A stretch of 63,836 bases of DNA, filler included, from Octopus bimaculoides (GCF_001194135.2; 8 parts of 8 records of this genome joined end to end with filler, not necessarily neighbours in it); one strand, 5' to 3'. Positions 39,895 through 53,039 are shown, counted from the first letter of the whole stretch. The notes: a model not told the origin generated them from the letters alone. Program-made: numbers and translations.

Positions 39895-40654
39895 CATGCA
39901 TACACCCTCAGGACGGACTTTCGCACTGTCTCTGTTAAACAAATTTGCTTACAAGTCTTTTGTCAGGCTGAGACTACTGTTTTCCAAGGTCCAACGGGAC
40001 TTAGCCCTTCACGGTACACCGGCAATACTTAATGCCTGAATGTTATACTCCTTAATTCTTAAGACATTTAGGGGGTCATGCCTTTTCTTACATTACTTAA
40101 CATGCTCACAGAGCTTGCACAGAAGATCAAGTGACAGATGTACAATAATACTCATAATCCTGTATCTGGTTGCGACTCAATACTACCTAGTTAATAAGCT
40201 CATGGCATTTTATTTCAAACATGACGAATATTCAATTACAAATCTGCGTCTCGCAATGAAGTTCGGATTAATAGTTATTCTACATTCCTCAGTTCAGTTA
40301 GATATTGAAAATTACTACCAGATTTGCTGGAAATGTTTCTCGTGATTGACTCATGTTTAGTCAAGTAGAATATTCATTTCTATTCAATGTAATGTCTTGA
40401 AACTGTTCCTTATAAACGTTTATTATTTTGCGTTCATTTAATAAACACAACCCGGAAACGAAAAAGAAAAATCTAATCATCGACTTCAGTTTCATTCAAA
40501 CTCGCCGTTCTGTCGACATAAAATTAGCTTGCATCATCATAAAAATCATTCTTGGGTTACAAAGAAGTAACCTAATTTGCATATCGGTTTTAGGTTCATA
40601 TTTGTTCGACATGATTATAACATAGTACGAACATTCAGTATACCTTGTGTAGGC

Positions 40655-40830
40655 ACTGACGTAGCTGTTTGGTTAAAACGTCTGCTTCGCAACCGCATGG
40701 TTTCTGGTTCAGTTTCACTGTGCTTTAGACTACCGTAGCCTCGACCCGACAAATGTCTTGCGTGTAAGTGAATTTATTCAAGTATGATTATTCGGGAGCC
40801 CATCGTATAAGTACGTATGTGTGTGTGTGA
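40655..40830 (+). mobile_element. Old SINE family A head
   Basis: GGCACTGACGTAGCTGTTTGGTTAA...GGTTCAGTTTCACTG...GAGCCCATCGTAT followed by microsatellite. A similar head lies at about 41385-41450. Confidence 0.6.
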
Positions 40831-41332
40831 GCGAGCGAGGGAGAGAGAGAGTCACAAGTGAATATGCATGTGTGTGTATGTGTATGTCTGTCATGTGTGG
40901 ACGTGTGTGCGTGAGCGCGTGTTCGTGTGTGCGTATGTTGTGTTTTAAATATGCAAATCAAATATACCTTGGTATAGTTTTTAAATATATTTTTATATGT
41001 TTATCGGTAAATTGTATCAAATACATCCTGCAATTTTCTATCCTCATTGAAAATTTATTCCAGATGATGAGAAATATCTTCACAAAGTGTTTTAACACAT
41101 TCCGGTTCGAAAATGAGACTAAACTTGCAGAATCTGAAGCACTGAAAAACATGAAATTTAGTCCAAGGCTTTTCGAAATAAAAATGTTCCAACGGCAGGA
41201 GAACGTGGCATATTTTTCTGACCCAGATATTTTTATTTTGGCTGAAGGTGACGCTGCTATGTGTTATAATTTCAGTACAGGTGAGATTTTATTTGCTAAT
41301 ATTTTTGACTTTTTGTTTTGTTTTCTTTTTCC

Positions 41333-41368
<36 letters not shown>

Positions 41369-41905
41369 TTGTATGGTCCAGGTATGGTTATGTGGTTAAG
41401 ACGTCTTCTTCACAACTACGTGTTTACTGGTTTGATGCCACTCCGCATTATGTTATCAGTGGAATTTAGTAGTCAGATAATTTAGAAAAAATTTCATACC
41501 GGTGTAAATTTTCTACCCTTATTATTTTCACAGTAAAATTTTCGTAGCTTCGAAGCCTTTCTGGAACGCAGTTTTAATTTCTTATTACTATTTGCTGCCG
41601 AATGTAACCGCTTGCGCGGTGGATTTGAAAGTTATAATGTATAGCACGTGTATTTTTGGTGCTATTTTCTGCATAAATATGCATTAATTTTAGGTCCCTC
41701 CACTGAAGAAGTACGCATGGCAAATAAATTTATTTTGCACATTGATACAGAAACTCGAGTCTGAAAGTAACTACAAACATTTTTTTTAATTCCCTTTGAA
41801 AGTACTCTTATTCGTGGTTTGGGTTTTAACTGCCCTTTCTAGCATGTAAGATGTCCTGTTAAAGGTCACCTCTTTCGTGTATACATACGTAAACTGTTTG
41901 TGCAC

Positions 41906-41941
<36 letters not shown>

Positions 41942-43284
41942 NNNNNNNNNNNNNNNNNNNNNNNNNNNNNNNNNNNNNNNNNNNNNNNNNNNNNNNNNNN
42001 NNNNNNNNNNNNNNNNNNNNNNNNNNNNNNNNNNNNNNNNNNNNNNNNNNNNNNNNNNNNNNNNNNNNNNNNNNNNNNNNNNNNNNNNNNNNNNNNNNNN
42101 NNNNNNNNNNNNNNNNNNNNNNNNNNNNNNNNNNNNNNNNNNNNNNNNNNNNNNNNNNNNNNNNNNNNNNNNNNNNNNNNNNNNNNNNNNNNNNNNNNNN
42201 NNNNNNNNNNNNNNNNNNNNNNNNNNNNNNNNNNNNNNNNNNNNNNNNNNNNNNNNNNNNNNNNNNNNNNNNNNNNNNNNNNNNNNNNNNNNNNNNNNNN
42301 NNNNNNNNNNNNNNNNNNNNNNNNNNNNNNNNNNNNNNNNNNNNNNNNNNNNNNNNNNNNNNNNNNNNNNNNNNNNNNNNNNNNNNNNNNGGAGATTCCC
42401 ACCAACGGAGTTTTGTTTCGCGGGTTTTGTTCTTTTCCACGTTATTTCGCACACTTTCAACGAATGTGACATCGAAATCACGCGTAAATGGCTCCTTTCC
42501 TCAGAAAAGGTAAGATTTGACTGCTATTTCTACTACCACGTGACAGCTATTTGCGATGAAGGACCCGCCGATATGTCACTGTGAAATAATTTTTTGACCA
42601 TTCCCCCTTTCTTTTCCGGAAAAAAGTGGCTTGCAGAAGGTTTAGAGATTAGATACGTTGAATGCACTCGAAAGAACCTGTGGGGAAAAAATATTTGACA
42701 CCGAGGTACGAACGGTACAGCGGTTTTTGTTTGACCCTTCAGCCTTTCTAACATTTTGCTTATGTGTTGGTGTGCACAAATACACCGGTATAGAAGATTG
42801 TAAACAATGAAAGTAGTTGTAATAATCTTTTTGGTACCAGACATCGTTACAACGGTAAACGGTAGACAGAATGGTACAGATGTGACGTTGTCGTCTCCGT
42901 CGTCGTCTCCGTCGTCGTCGTATAAAATGTCCTTTACAATCTCGTACGTAACGAACGCGCAAATACACACGCACACACACAGATACATACACACTCACAT
43001 ACAAAATGTAAGATCGTCATCGTCGTCGTGGTATAAAATGTTCGTGACTATAAAAATGTTCGTTACTATAGAAAGATTATTTTCGAGAAAATGTTACATT
43101 GTTTCAATCCAAATGAAAATAAAAATTACATGTTGACACTAGCGGGGTGTAATACTATTACCTTGTAAAATTTGATTTGATTTGATGGAGCCGTTTGAGA
43201 ATGCGTAGGAAACGGACAGATAGACAAAGGGTTTTATATAGAGAGCTAAGAATATTTATACACGCATACACATATATATATGTA

Positions 43285-43357
<73 letters not shown>

Positions 43358-43914
43358 ATATATATNNNNNNNNNNNNNNNNNNNNNNNNNNNNNNNNNNN
43401 NNNNNNNNNTTAATTAATTAANNNNNNNNNNNNNNNNNNNNNNNNNNNNNNNNNNNNNNNNNNNNGGCGTTAAAAGGCATCAATTTGCATGAGTTGCAGG
43501 ACTGTTTCGAACAGCGGAAAACGCGTCTGGACCGATTCAGTGCTTCAAGTGGAGAATACTTTAAAGGCGATAAAAGTTTAACCATACAAAACTTAGTGAA
43601 TAAAATAATATTGCAAAATTCCGGTTTCTTTTGGGTACCCCCTCATACATACATACATACATACATAGTATTCATTTTATCATTTCGTAGTAAGCACAAA
43701 GAAATTTGACAAAAGTAAAACTAAAATTATTGTGTATGCCATATATCCTGATGTTATCCAAAGAAGCACAGTATACTTCCAAAGTTATCCATTGTATGAC
43801 GGGTTAGTGTATATGCACGACAGAAGTAAATAGACATTCTTATAATCGTAAAAATTTTATTTAATTCTGAAATTATACATTCAAATTATTTATTAATTGT
43901 TATAATGTAAATAT

Positions 43915-44560
43915 TTAGTATTTAGAAGACATGCCCCTTGCATTTTTCAATCAAGGACCCTATTAGACATGTTAATGGTCAGATGAATATTCTCTTGAGG
44001 AATCTCTTGCCAAGTTTCATGCATTAATCTCAAAAGATCTGGCTTTTAAGATGCTTTCCCGTTCTTTTTCTGAAGTGTCCTGTCCATTATGTTCCAGAGG
44101 TGCTCAATGGGGTTCATATCTGGTGACTGGATTGGCCATGGAATCTTTTTAATGCCATTCTCATATGGCATTAAATCTTGGGCCATTTTAGCCGTGTGAC
44201 AAGGTGCCCCATCTTCCATAAATAAATAGTCTTCTTTAATCATTTCACCACTGGAGAAGACTGGAAGGAGTCCTTTCTACGATATGGACATATATTTATC
44301 TGAGTTTGTTTCCCTCACACTTCACTAGCTCTTATTGGCCACTGATCCAAATTACTCCCCAAACCATCACAGAATAGTTGCCGTATTTCATTGTTGGCTG
44401 CAATCTTTTCATGTCATATTCTTGAACACAGAGTCTCCAGACCCACACTCGGCCACTGTCAGGAAATGCAGCACATTTGGACTCATTGGACAATAATGAC
44501 AGTGGCCCAGAATGCTAGTGGCCCCATCTTTTCTCTGCTTGATATTGGCTGGTCAAAGAA
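43915..44560 (-). mobile_element. Tc1-family (DD34E) transposase relic, catalytic domain
   Basis: WATVI..SNESK (SDESK with D to N)..SVMVWGVI..FMEDGAPCHTAK..WPIQSPDMNPIEHLW..TWQEIPQE..NARGMSSKY* (stop 43915-43917). Frameshifts and stops; TIRs not located. Confidence 0.9.
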
Positions 44561-44564
44561 GTGG

Positions 44565-44602
<38 letters not shown>

Positions 44603-45376
44603 GTACTACGTAGCGGTCGTAGATAGATTTCTGTCGTTCTAAGCAGCACACGAATTTAATGTAGTTGATTTTTAATTAACAAGTATTTACTTTCAATTAT
44701 TCATAAGGTGAAAGGTTGAATGAGGTAGTAATTCGCACAGATACAAAAGCAACAACATTTCATGGACAATATTAGAAAACAGGTTCGGGCTAAAACTTTC
44801 AAAAGTACAGAAGTGTATATGAATGTGTTCGAAAAGTTAGTGGTGTTAGTGGTTTGTGACATAAAAGATTTTCAGAACGGAAATATATAGAATGAACAGG
44901 GATGTACAGCTGAGAGCTGAGGTAAAAGGATAGAAATCAGTACATGTGATTCAAAATCTGATGAAACTGAGATAAGGCATTGCTATTTCGTTTTTCGAAA
45001 ACGTATCTTGTATTATGAGTAGCCGAAGCAAGAGTCGACAGACAATGAACCATTAGCGTATTGGGGATAGAGGGCAGACTGTCGCAGGAGACGCTTTTTT
45101 AGGGACAGCATTTCTCGGTCTGCCGTATAAATATATAGATTTGGGGGCCGGGGAGAGATGGAGGCATACTTAAGGACCGGGATGGGGAGATACCCAGGGA
45201 CGCCCTACCGGTGGCACGTGTCAACACTTTGGTGGTGGGCGCACCCTACCGGTGGGGTGTAGACTTCTGCAGAATGGAGTGTAAAGTAAGTAACAAGTGC
45301 AGAAAAGTTTTAACCAAAACATACTTACATTCATATATATATATATATATATATATATGACACAAAAAGGGAATGA

Positions 45377-45416
<40 letters not shown>

Positions 45417-45586
45417 AAAAGAACCAAGGTTCATGAACTCATCAATGAAGATCCACTGTCACATATGATTCTTTTCCATAAAACTATATATTTATATATA
45501 TTTTACACTGTGAAACTTAATTTAATTTTAATTTTTAATAAATTGATTTTAATTGAGTTTTTACCTGTAATTTTGGATTTAAACCC

Positions 45587-45637
<51 letters not shown>

Positions 45638-46037
45638 NNNNNNNNNNNNNNNNNNNNNNNNNNNNNNNNNNNNNNNNNNNNNNNNNNNNNNNNNNNNNNN
45701 NNNNNNTATATATACTTACACAAGAATATTGTTGACACCGTTCTTGTATAACAATAATGAATTTGTACTCTACAAAAGTATATAGTAACCCATCAAATTA
45801 ATGTAAAATTGTTTTTATTATAACTGAACATAAAAACAAACGTTAATACATACATACATGCATGCATACATGCATAGTACTACCTGTCATGACGGAGAAC
45901 TTTGGAAGTATACTTTTACTACCATGGGTAAGTATGGCATACATATAATAATATTTCAATTGTGACGGGCAGAAAGTTATGGTAATTTCATGTAGTAGTG
46001 TTTTACGGGCTTTCGTTCTAGTTTTTATGGTTCAGGC

Positions 46038-46182
46038 TAGGTATGGGCCATCTTTTTCGAGAAGCAGGCCGCATGAGACATAGCTCGTTATTATGCGACC
46101 CACACTAATAAAAATATTCACAGTAATATTTCGTTGATGTGCCAGTCAGAAAGTCGCGCAGGCTGCAATTTGCCTATGACAA
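46038..46182. mobile_element. hAT-type MITE, CpG-retaining copy
   Basis: TAGGTATGGGCCA...ATTTGCCTATGAC ends. Flanks GTTCAGGC / GTTTGGAC differ only by transitions. Homologous to 5301-5476. Confidence 0.65.
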
Positions 46183-46275
46183 GTTTGGACCGTTGCACAC
46201 CGTAGGTTTGGTGTTGAAATGTTTGTCAACCTATAAGAAGTAGGAGGTTATCTTTTGTCGCAAGTGAGAAGTTAT

Positions 46276-46327
<52 letters not shown>

Positions 46328-46329
<2 letters not shown>

Positions 46330-47215
46330 TTTTATCGTATTTTTTCTTACTTGTTTCAGTCATTAGACTGCGGCCATGGAGAGGCACTGCCTTGAAGAAT
46401 TTTAGTCGAACGAATCGATCCCAGTTTTTACTTTTTTAAAGCCNNNNNNNNNNNNNNNNNNNNNNNNNNNNNNNNNNNNNNNNNNNNNNNNNNNNNNNNN
46501 NNNNNNNNNNNNNNNNNNNNNNNNNNNNNNNNNNNNNNNNNNNNNNNNNNNNNNNNNNNNNNNNNNNNNNNNNNNNNNNNNNNNNNNNNNNNNNNNNNNN
46601 NNNNNNNNNNNNNNNNNNNNNNNNNNNNNNNNNNNNNNNNNNNNNNNNNNNNNNNNNNNNNNNNNNNNNNNNNNNNNNNNNNNNNNNNNNNNNNNNNNNN
46701 NNNNNNNNNNNNNNNNNNNNNNNNNNNNNNNNNNNNNNNNNNNNNNNNNNNNNNNNNNNNNNNNNNNNNNNNNNNNNNNNNNNNNNNNNNNNNNNNNNNN
46801 NNNNNNNNNNNNNNNNNNNNNNNNNNNNNNNNNNNNNNNNNNNNNNNNNNNNNNNNNNNNNNNNNNNNNNNNNNNNNNNNNNNNNNNNNNNNNNNNNNNN
46901 NNNNNNNNNNNNNNNNNNNNNNNNNNNNNNNNNNNNNNNNNNNNNNNNNNNNNNNNNNNNNNNNNNNNNNNNNNNNNNNNNNNNNNNNNNNNNACTAAAA
47001 CGTATTGAGTAATTCTTCGGTTTAATTTAAAATTATTTTTATATACACCTTGCCATAAACACACACACACACACACATACGACGGGCTTCTTTCAGTTTC
47101 CGTCAACCAAATCCACTCACAAAGCTTTGGTCGGCCCGAGGCTATAGCAGAAGACACTTGTCCAAAGTGTCACGCAGTGGGACTGAACCCGGAACACTGT
47201 CGCTGTGAAGAAAAC
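46328..47215 (-). mobile_element. SINE family A, full length across an N gap
   Basis: 3' half 46328-46443, gap, microsatellite, then head ACGACGGGCTTCTTTCAGTTTCCG...GTGGGACTGAACCCGG. Confidence 0.8.
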
Positions 47216-47760
47216 TTGAGGTACACGGTTTTTCTTTTTTAATCGAAGCGGAGCGTACAATAGAAAATGTCGAGAAACACTAATCTAGGCAATACATGCC
47301 CGAGAGGTTCAAACTTAGTAACTACTCCCTCATTGGTTCCATAAACCGGTTAGAAATGGGAAAAAAAAGTGAAGAACGGCTTAAACCTTCACCTGGTTGT
47401 TATATGATGGCAGCTACAGTTTCTAATCCAGTGCTATACTGAACACAGATTATAGTAAAGTATTAGCTAGGCTACATGTGTTTTCCTGTTGTACTAGTTC
47501 ACCTAAGCCTTAGGTCAGGGACACGAAAAGGTGGATTACATCTGTGTTTAGCCTACTACACTTTAACTCAAGTCTCTTCATACCGACACTTTGTGATAAT
47601 CGGGTTTAACTAATTGTTGTCCGTCTATCAGTTTCTTCTATATGTAGTTACTATTTAAAAAAAAACCCTCCTCTTTCTCCCATTACAGATGCTTTACTTT
47701 CTCTCTCTCACTCTCTCTTACTTTCTCTCTCTCTCTCTCTAAATGCTTTACTATATATTT

Positions 47761-48092
47761 TAAGGCGGCGAGCCGGCGGAAACGTTAGCACGCCGGACAA
47801 AATGCTTAGCGGTATTTCGTCCGTCTTTACTTTCTGAGTTCAAATTCCACCGAGGTCGACTTTGCCTTTCATCCTTTCGTGGTCGATAAATTAAGTACCA
47901 GTTACGTACTGGCATCGGTCTAATCGACTGGCCACCTCCCCCAAAATTTCGGGCCTTGTGCCTAGAGCAGAAAAGATTATTATTACTATTGCGAGCTGGC
48001 AGAATCGTTAGCACGCCGGACGAAATACTTTGTGGTATTTCATCCGTCTTTACGTTCTTAGTTCAAATTTCGCTGAGGTCGACTTTTCCTTT
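47761..48092 (+). mobile_element. Two tandem SINE family B copies, the second starting inside the (ATT)n tail of the first
   Basis: TAAGGCGGCGAGCCGGC head...GAAAAGATTATTATTACTATT-GCGAGCTGGCAGAATCGTTAGC. Confidence 0.85.
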
Positions 48093-48259
48093 NNNNNNNN
48101 NNNNNNNNNNNNNNNNNNNNNNNNNNNNNNNNNNNNTTAATTAATTAANNNNNNNNNNNNNNNNNNNNNNNNNNNNNNNNNNNNNNNNNNNNTATATATA
48201 TATATATATATATATATAATACACACACATATGTGTGTCCGTATATGTATATAAACATA

Positions 48260-48303
<44 letters not shown>

Positions 48304-49087
48304 GGTATGTATACATATAACTACGTATACAATGTGTGTATGCATATGCATGTGTATATGTATGAGAATATATATGCTCGCACACACACACACACAATAA
48401 ATAATAATTAAGTTCTTACTTCACAAACTGATAGCTTAAATGTTTTCCGATCTCCGTAAAGTTTTATTTCCTGCTACAACGAAATACTTTTGGAACACAT
48501 CGTTTTCGTTAACAATTTTTCAAGTCTGTTATCATTTTCAGACGGAATTAAATTAGTTTTACGCCAGCGAAAACTTGTTTCTACACAACGTAAGGAAGGC
48601 TACGGGATTCCGAGTCCCACCCTCCGACTCAGTTGTTGATCATTTCTAGAAATGTCTAAATGCCACATTAAAAACAAGCAAATCGAGATACTCACATGAA
48701 AATAAAGAAATCAACGCGTAATAAACCAGAAAGTAACAATAGATATTAGTTGGAAGTGCCATTACCAATGTTACAAGTATGTCCTAGTTGAATGGATGCT
48801 GGGCTGGGATGAAGATTCCCAGCACTTGAGAGAATTGTACACAAATCTAACCGGATGTATACAGCGAGTTGCACTGACAGTGATTTTGAATTTTTTAGAT
48901 GTATTGAAGTGTTGTGGGGGCAAGTTCATCGTCATCTCAGTTAGAATCATTCACAGTAATGTTAGGGAAAGTTTGAACGCCACAACTTCTATTTTGTTTT
49001 ACACAGTTTGGACTTTATAATCGTTTATACCACCGCGTTTTATGCCTTTATTTTTCTAGTGACATGGTTTGCAAATTGTCTCTCAAA

Positions 49088-49123
<36 letters not shown>

Positions 49124-49741
49124 NNNNNNNNNNNNNNNNNNNNNNNNNNNNNNNNNNNNNNNNNNNNNNNNNNNNNNNNNNNNNNNNNNNNNNNNNNNNN
49201 NNNNNNNNNNNNNNNNNNNNNNNNNNNNNNNNNNNNNNNNNNNNNNNNNNNNNNNNNNNNNNNNNNNNNNNNNNNNNNNNNNNNNNNNNNNNNNNNNNNN
49301 NNNNNNNNNNNNNNNNNNNNNNNNNNNNNNNNNNNNNNNNNNNNNNNNNNNNNNNNNNNNNNNNNNNNNNNNNNNNNNNNNNNNNNNNNNNNNNNNNNNN
49401 NNNNNNNNNNNNNNNNNNNNNNNNNNNNNNNNNNNNNNNNNNNNNNNNNNNNNNNNNNNNNNNNNNNNNNNNNNNNNNNNNNNNNNNNNNNNNNNNNNNN
49501 NNNNNNNNNNNNNNNNNNNNNNNNNNNNNNNNNNNNNNNNNNNNNNNNNNNNNNNNNNNNNNNNNNNNNNNNNNNNNNNNNNNNNNNNNNNNNNNNNNNN
49601 NNNNNNNNNNNNNNNNNNNNNNNNNNNNNNNNNNNNNNNNNNNNNNNNNNNNNNNNNNNNNNNNNNNNNNNNNNNNNNNNNNNNNNNNNNNNNNNNNNNN
49701 NNNNNNNNNNNNNNNNNNNNNNNNNNNNNNNNNNNNNNNNN

Positions 49742-49804
<63 letters not shown>

Positions 49805-50594
49805 AAAAAAAAGTAAAAAGAAAAAACGATAGCTCAGACTTGAAGAAAAAAGTCCTGGGGTTGATTTATTCGACGAAACCTTTTAAAGCAGTGCTCCAGC
49901 GTGACCGTGGACTAATGACTGACACAAGTAAAAGAATGTGTGCGTGCGCTTGTGATTTTACTGGACCCTTACACTCACAGGGCCAGTCACTTGGTTTCCA
50001 TGGCGTACAAGTGACAAGGACCACAATATTTCCCTTGAACAGTCTGTTGTAAGGTTCATGACCTGCAATTTTAAGGGAAAGGGGACAAGTTGATTACATC
50101 GACCCACCAGTGCTAATATTTGACCGGTACATTATTTTATCGACCCCACGATGTCGTGAAATACTGAACTTCAGATAGAATAAAGTAAAATATACTGTTG
50201 TGTCTGGGGAGAGTCATTCTCTGTTGGTGCCTTATAATTGGTAAATTTTCAGATTAACATCANNNNNNNNNNNNNNNNNNNNNNNNNNNNNNNNNNNNNN
50301 NNNNNNNNNNNNNNNNNNNNNNNNNNNNNNNNNNNNNNNNNNNNNNNNNNNNNNNNNNNNNNCCCAAGGTGCTACTCAGTGGGACTGAACCCAGAACCAT
50401 GTGGTTGGTAAGTAAGCCACTTACCGCACAGCCTATATATTCTCTCTCTGTTTATTTTCTCGTGTTCCTTTCTGTTGAAGAGCATAGGCTTAAAATGTAA
50501 AAGTCTTTCTCAATATTGTTTCAAATTTTGGCACAAGGCCAGCAATTTAGGGGGGTGTTAAGTCATTTACATTAACCCCAGTACTCAACTGGTA

Positions 50595-50870
50595 TTGGGT
50601 CATCCCATAAATAATGCTGTTTTTTATACCTCTTTTATTTTTCAAAATTAAGATAAACAAAGTTCTTTTTTAATCTAAAATGCACCCTCCTTCATTTTCT
50701 ACAATGCTCTTCCATCTACCTGGTAGAATTGCAAGGCCCCTCTTCTAATATTCACTTGTCCATGACAAAAGATACACCGCCAATACTATTCTGACCTCCT
50801 CTACAGAATTCATATTTTTTCCATCCAAATGATTTTGAAGACTGTGGAACAAATGATAATCAGATGGGGG
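50595..50870 (-). mobile_element. Mariner transposase relic, C-terminus and 3' terminal inverted repeat
   Basis: PSDYHLFHSLQNHLDGKNMNSVEEVR..RGLAILPGRWKSIVENEGGCILD* (stop 50670-50672). Terminus TA-TTGGGTCATCCCATAAATAATGC at 50593-50617. Confidence 0.85.
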
Positions 50871-50956
50871 TGTAGTGAAAAAGACTTATAGAACGGTTGG
50901 TCTATTACTGGCATTTAGTCACCATTTTTGGAAAGTTATGTGAACTTTTCAAGTTG

Positions 50957-51120
50957 GGCTGTACAGATCAGAAGGACTGTATGGACGAATCAACGTCAGG
51001 GGTCACCAATTGTAAGGGAAACTGTGTGAACAGGCTCGCGTTGGCTGTACAAATCAGAAGAGCTGTATGAACGAATCAACGTCGGGGGTCACCAATTGTA
51101 AGGGACGACCGTGCGAACTC
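50957..51120. repeat. 86-bp tandem repeat (about two units) next to a 924-nt gap
   Basis: GGCTGTACA.ATCAGAAG..CTGTATG.ACGAATCAACGTC.GGGGTCACCAATTGTAAGGGA starts at 50957 and again at 51043. Confidence 0.85.
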
Positions 51121-52115
51121 AAAAAGAAGAAATNNNNNNNNNNNNNNNNNNNNNNNNNNNNNNNNNNNNNNNNNNNNNNNNNNNNNNNNNNNNNNNNNNN
51201 NNNNNNNNNNNNNNNNNNNNNNNNNNNNNNNNNNNNNNNNNNNNNNNNNNNNNNNNNNNNNNNNNNNNNNNNNNNNNNNNNNNNNNNNNNNNNNNNNNNN
51301 NNNNNNNNNNNNNNNNNNNNNNNNNNNNNNNNNNNNNNNNNNNNNNNNNNNNNNNNNNNNNNNNNNNNNNNNNNNNNNNNNNNNNNNNNNNNNNNNNNNN
51401 NNNNNNNNNNNNNNNNNNNNNNNNNNNNNNNNNNNNNNNNNNNNNNNNNNNNNNNNNNNNNNNNNNNNNNNNNNNNNNNNNNNNNNNNNNNNNNNNNNNN
51501 NNNNNNNNNNNNNNNNNNNNNNNNNNNNNNNNNNNNNNNNNNNNNNNNNNNNNNNNNNNNNNNNNNNNNNNNNNNNNNNNNNNNNNNNNNNNNNNNNNNN
51601 NNNNNNNNNNNNNNNNNNNNNNNNNNNNNNNNNNNNNNNNNNNNNNNNNNNNNNNNNNNNNNNNNNNNNNNNNNNNNNNNNNNNNNNNNNNNNNNNNNNN
51701 NNNNNNNNNNNNNNNNNNNNNNNNNNNNNNNNNNNNNNNNNNNNNNNNNNNNNNNNNNNNNNNNNNNNNNNNNNNNNNNNNNNNNNNNNNNNNNNNNNNN
51801 NNNNNNNNNNNNNNNNNNNNNNNNNNNNNNNNNNNNNNNNNNNNNNNNNNNNNNNNNNNNNNNNNNNNNNNNNNNNNNNNNNNNNNNNNNNNNNNNNNNN
51901 NNNNNNNNNNNNNNNNNNNNNNNNNNNNNNNNNNNNNNNNNNNNNNNNNNNNNNNNNNNNNNNNNNNNNNNNNNNNNNNNNNNNNNNNNNNNNNNNNNNN
52001 NNNNNNNNNNNNNNNNNNNNNNNNNNNNNNNNNNNNNNNNNNNNNNNNNNNNNNNNTATGAGTTGATCTATATATAGCGTTAAGAGGGCTCCAAATGCCT
52101 TCAGAATTTTACTCT

Positions 52116-52310
52116 ATCACGTGACCTTATTAGGGGCCGTGATTGGTCAGTTTGCGTTCTGGCGGGAAAGGTTCGAAGAAATTGCCGATTCGAATAATAA
52201 TCAGTCACGTGATGACAAGGAATGGGTTCTCTACTACGCTCGCATTTATTTATATTTAAATAAGAAGATTGTATGTAATGGCGATAGTAGTTTGTATCTA
52301 ATGGCGGGAG
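52116..52310 (+). promoter_or_regulatory. Promoter-like motif cluster (E-box x2, inverted CCAAT, E2F, YY1-like x2)
   Basis: ATCACGTGAC 52116-25, ATTGG 52142-46, GGCGGGAAA 52161-69, GTCACGTGAT 52204-13, AATGGCG at about 52277 and 52300. Locally CpG-rich. Confidence 0.55.
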
Positions 52311-52346
52311 GTAGTTTCACTACAGGGGCAATGTCTGGTGAATATG
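52301..52346 (+). other. Candidate first coding exon (MAGGSFTTGAMSGEY, phase 1)
   Basis: ATGGCG start embedded in the YY1-like motif, open frame to G|GTAGGT donor at 52347. Downstream exons not identified. Confidence 0.3.
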
Positions 52347-52389
52347 GTAGGTGGGGCATTGTTTCCCATTCAAACTGCTACAGCCTTAG

Positions 52390-52535
52390 GAATTTCCATC
52401 TACCAAATCCACTCACATGGCTTTGTTTAGCCCAGGGCTATAATAGAAGATACTTGCCTAAGGTACCATGCAACAGGACTGAACCTGAAACCGTGTGGTT
52501 GGAAGGCAAACTTCTCTCTCACACAGCCATGCTTG
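52390..52535 (-). mobile_element. SINE family A head, CpG-decayed
   Basis: CAAATCCACTCACATGGCTTTG...AGGACTGAACCTGAAACCGTGTGG...ACACAGCCATGC. Another head lies at 50362-50435. Confidence 0.75.
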
Positions 52536-53039
52536 TGACTGTCAATAGAATGATACAAATCAATATCAAAATCTGAGATTCGTTAATAAATTAGACACTT
52601 TAATCCCTGTATTGAGTCCATGTAATACCCTGTAGCTGATTATATCTGATATTATAAGCCAAAACAAATACCTAAATAAACTCCGTGCTTTCTCTCTCTT
52701 CTCAAATACTTGAGGCTTCTATTTGCTATCCTATCTAAAATCCTTCACCGAGAAAAAAAATGCTTTTCAACTTGTTTTAAGTTATTTTTCGAACATAACG
52801 AGAGCAACATGAAGCTTTGAATAATCTGACTAATGTAAAACTACTTTTTTTTTGTTCTCCCTGATTAAAGATTAAAGGATTAAATTATTTCAGTTGTTTC
52901 AGAGAGGTAAGAGGTTGTGGAGTGAATTAAACTAAAGAATTTGATTGGTGCTTATTCTATTGACTATGGAAGATTGACCTTTATAGAATTAAGATTCTGA
53001 GCAGAGTTGTATTAAAATTTGACTACATTATCTTCCATA

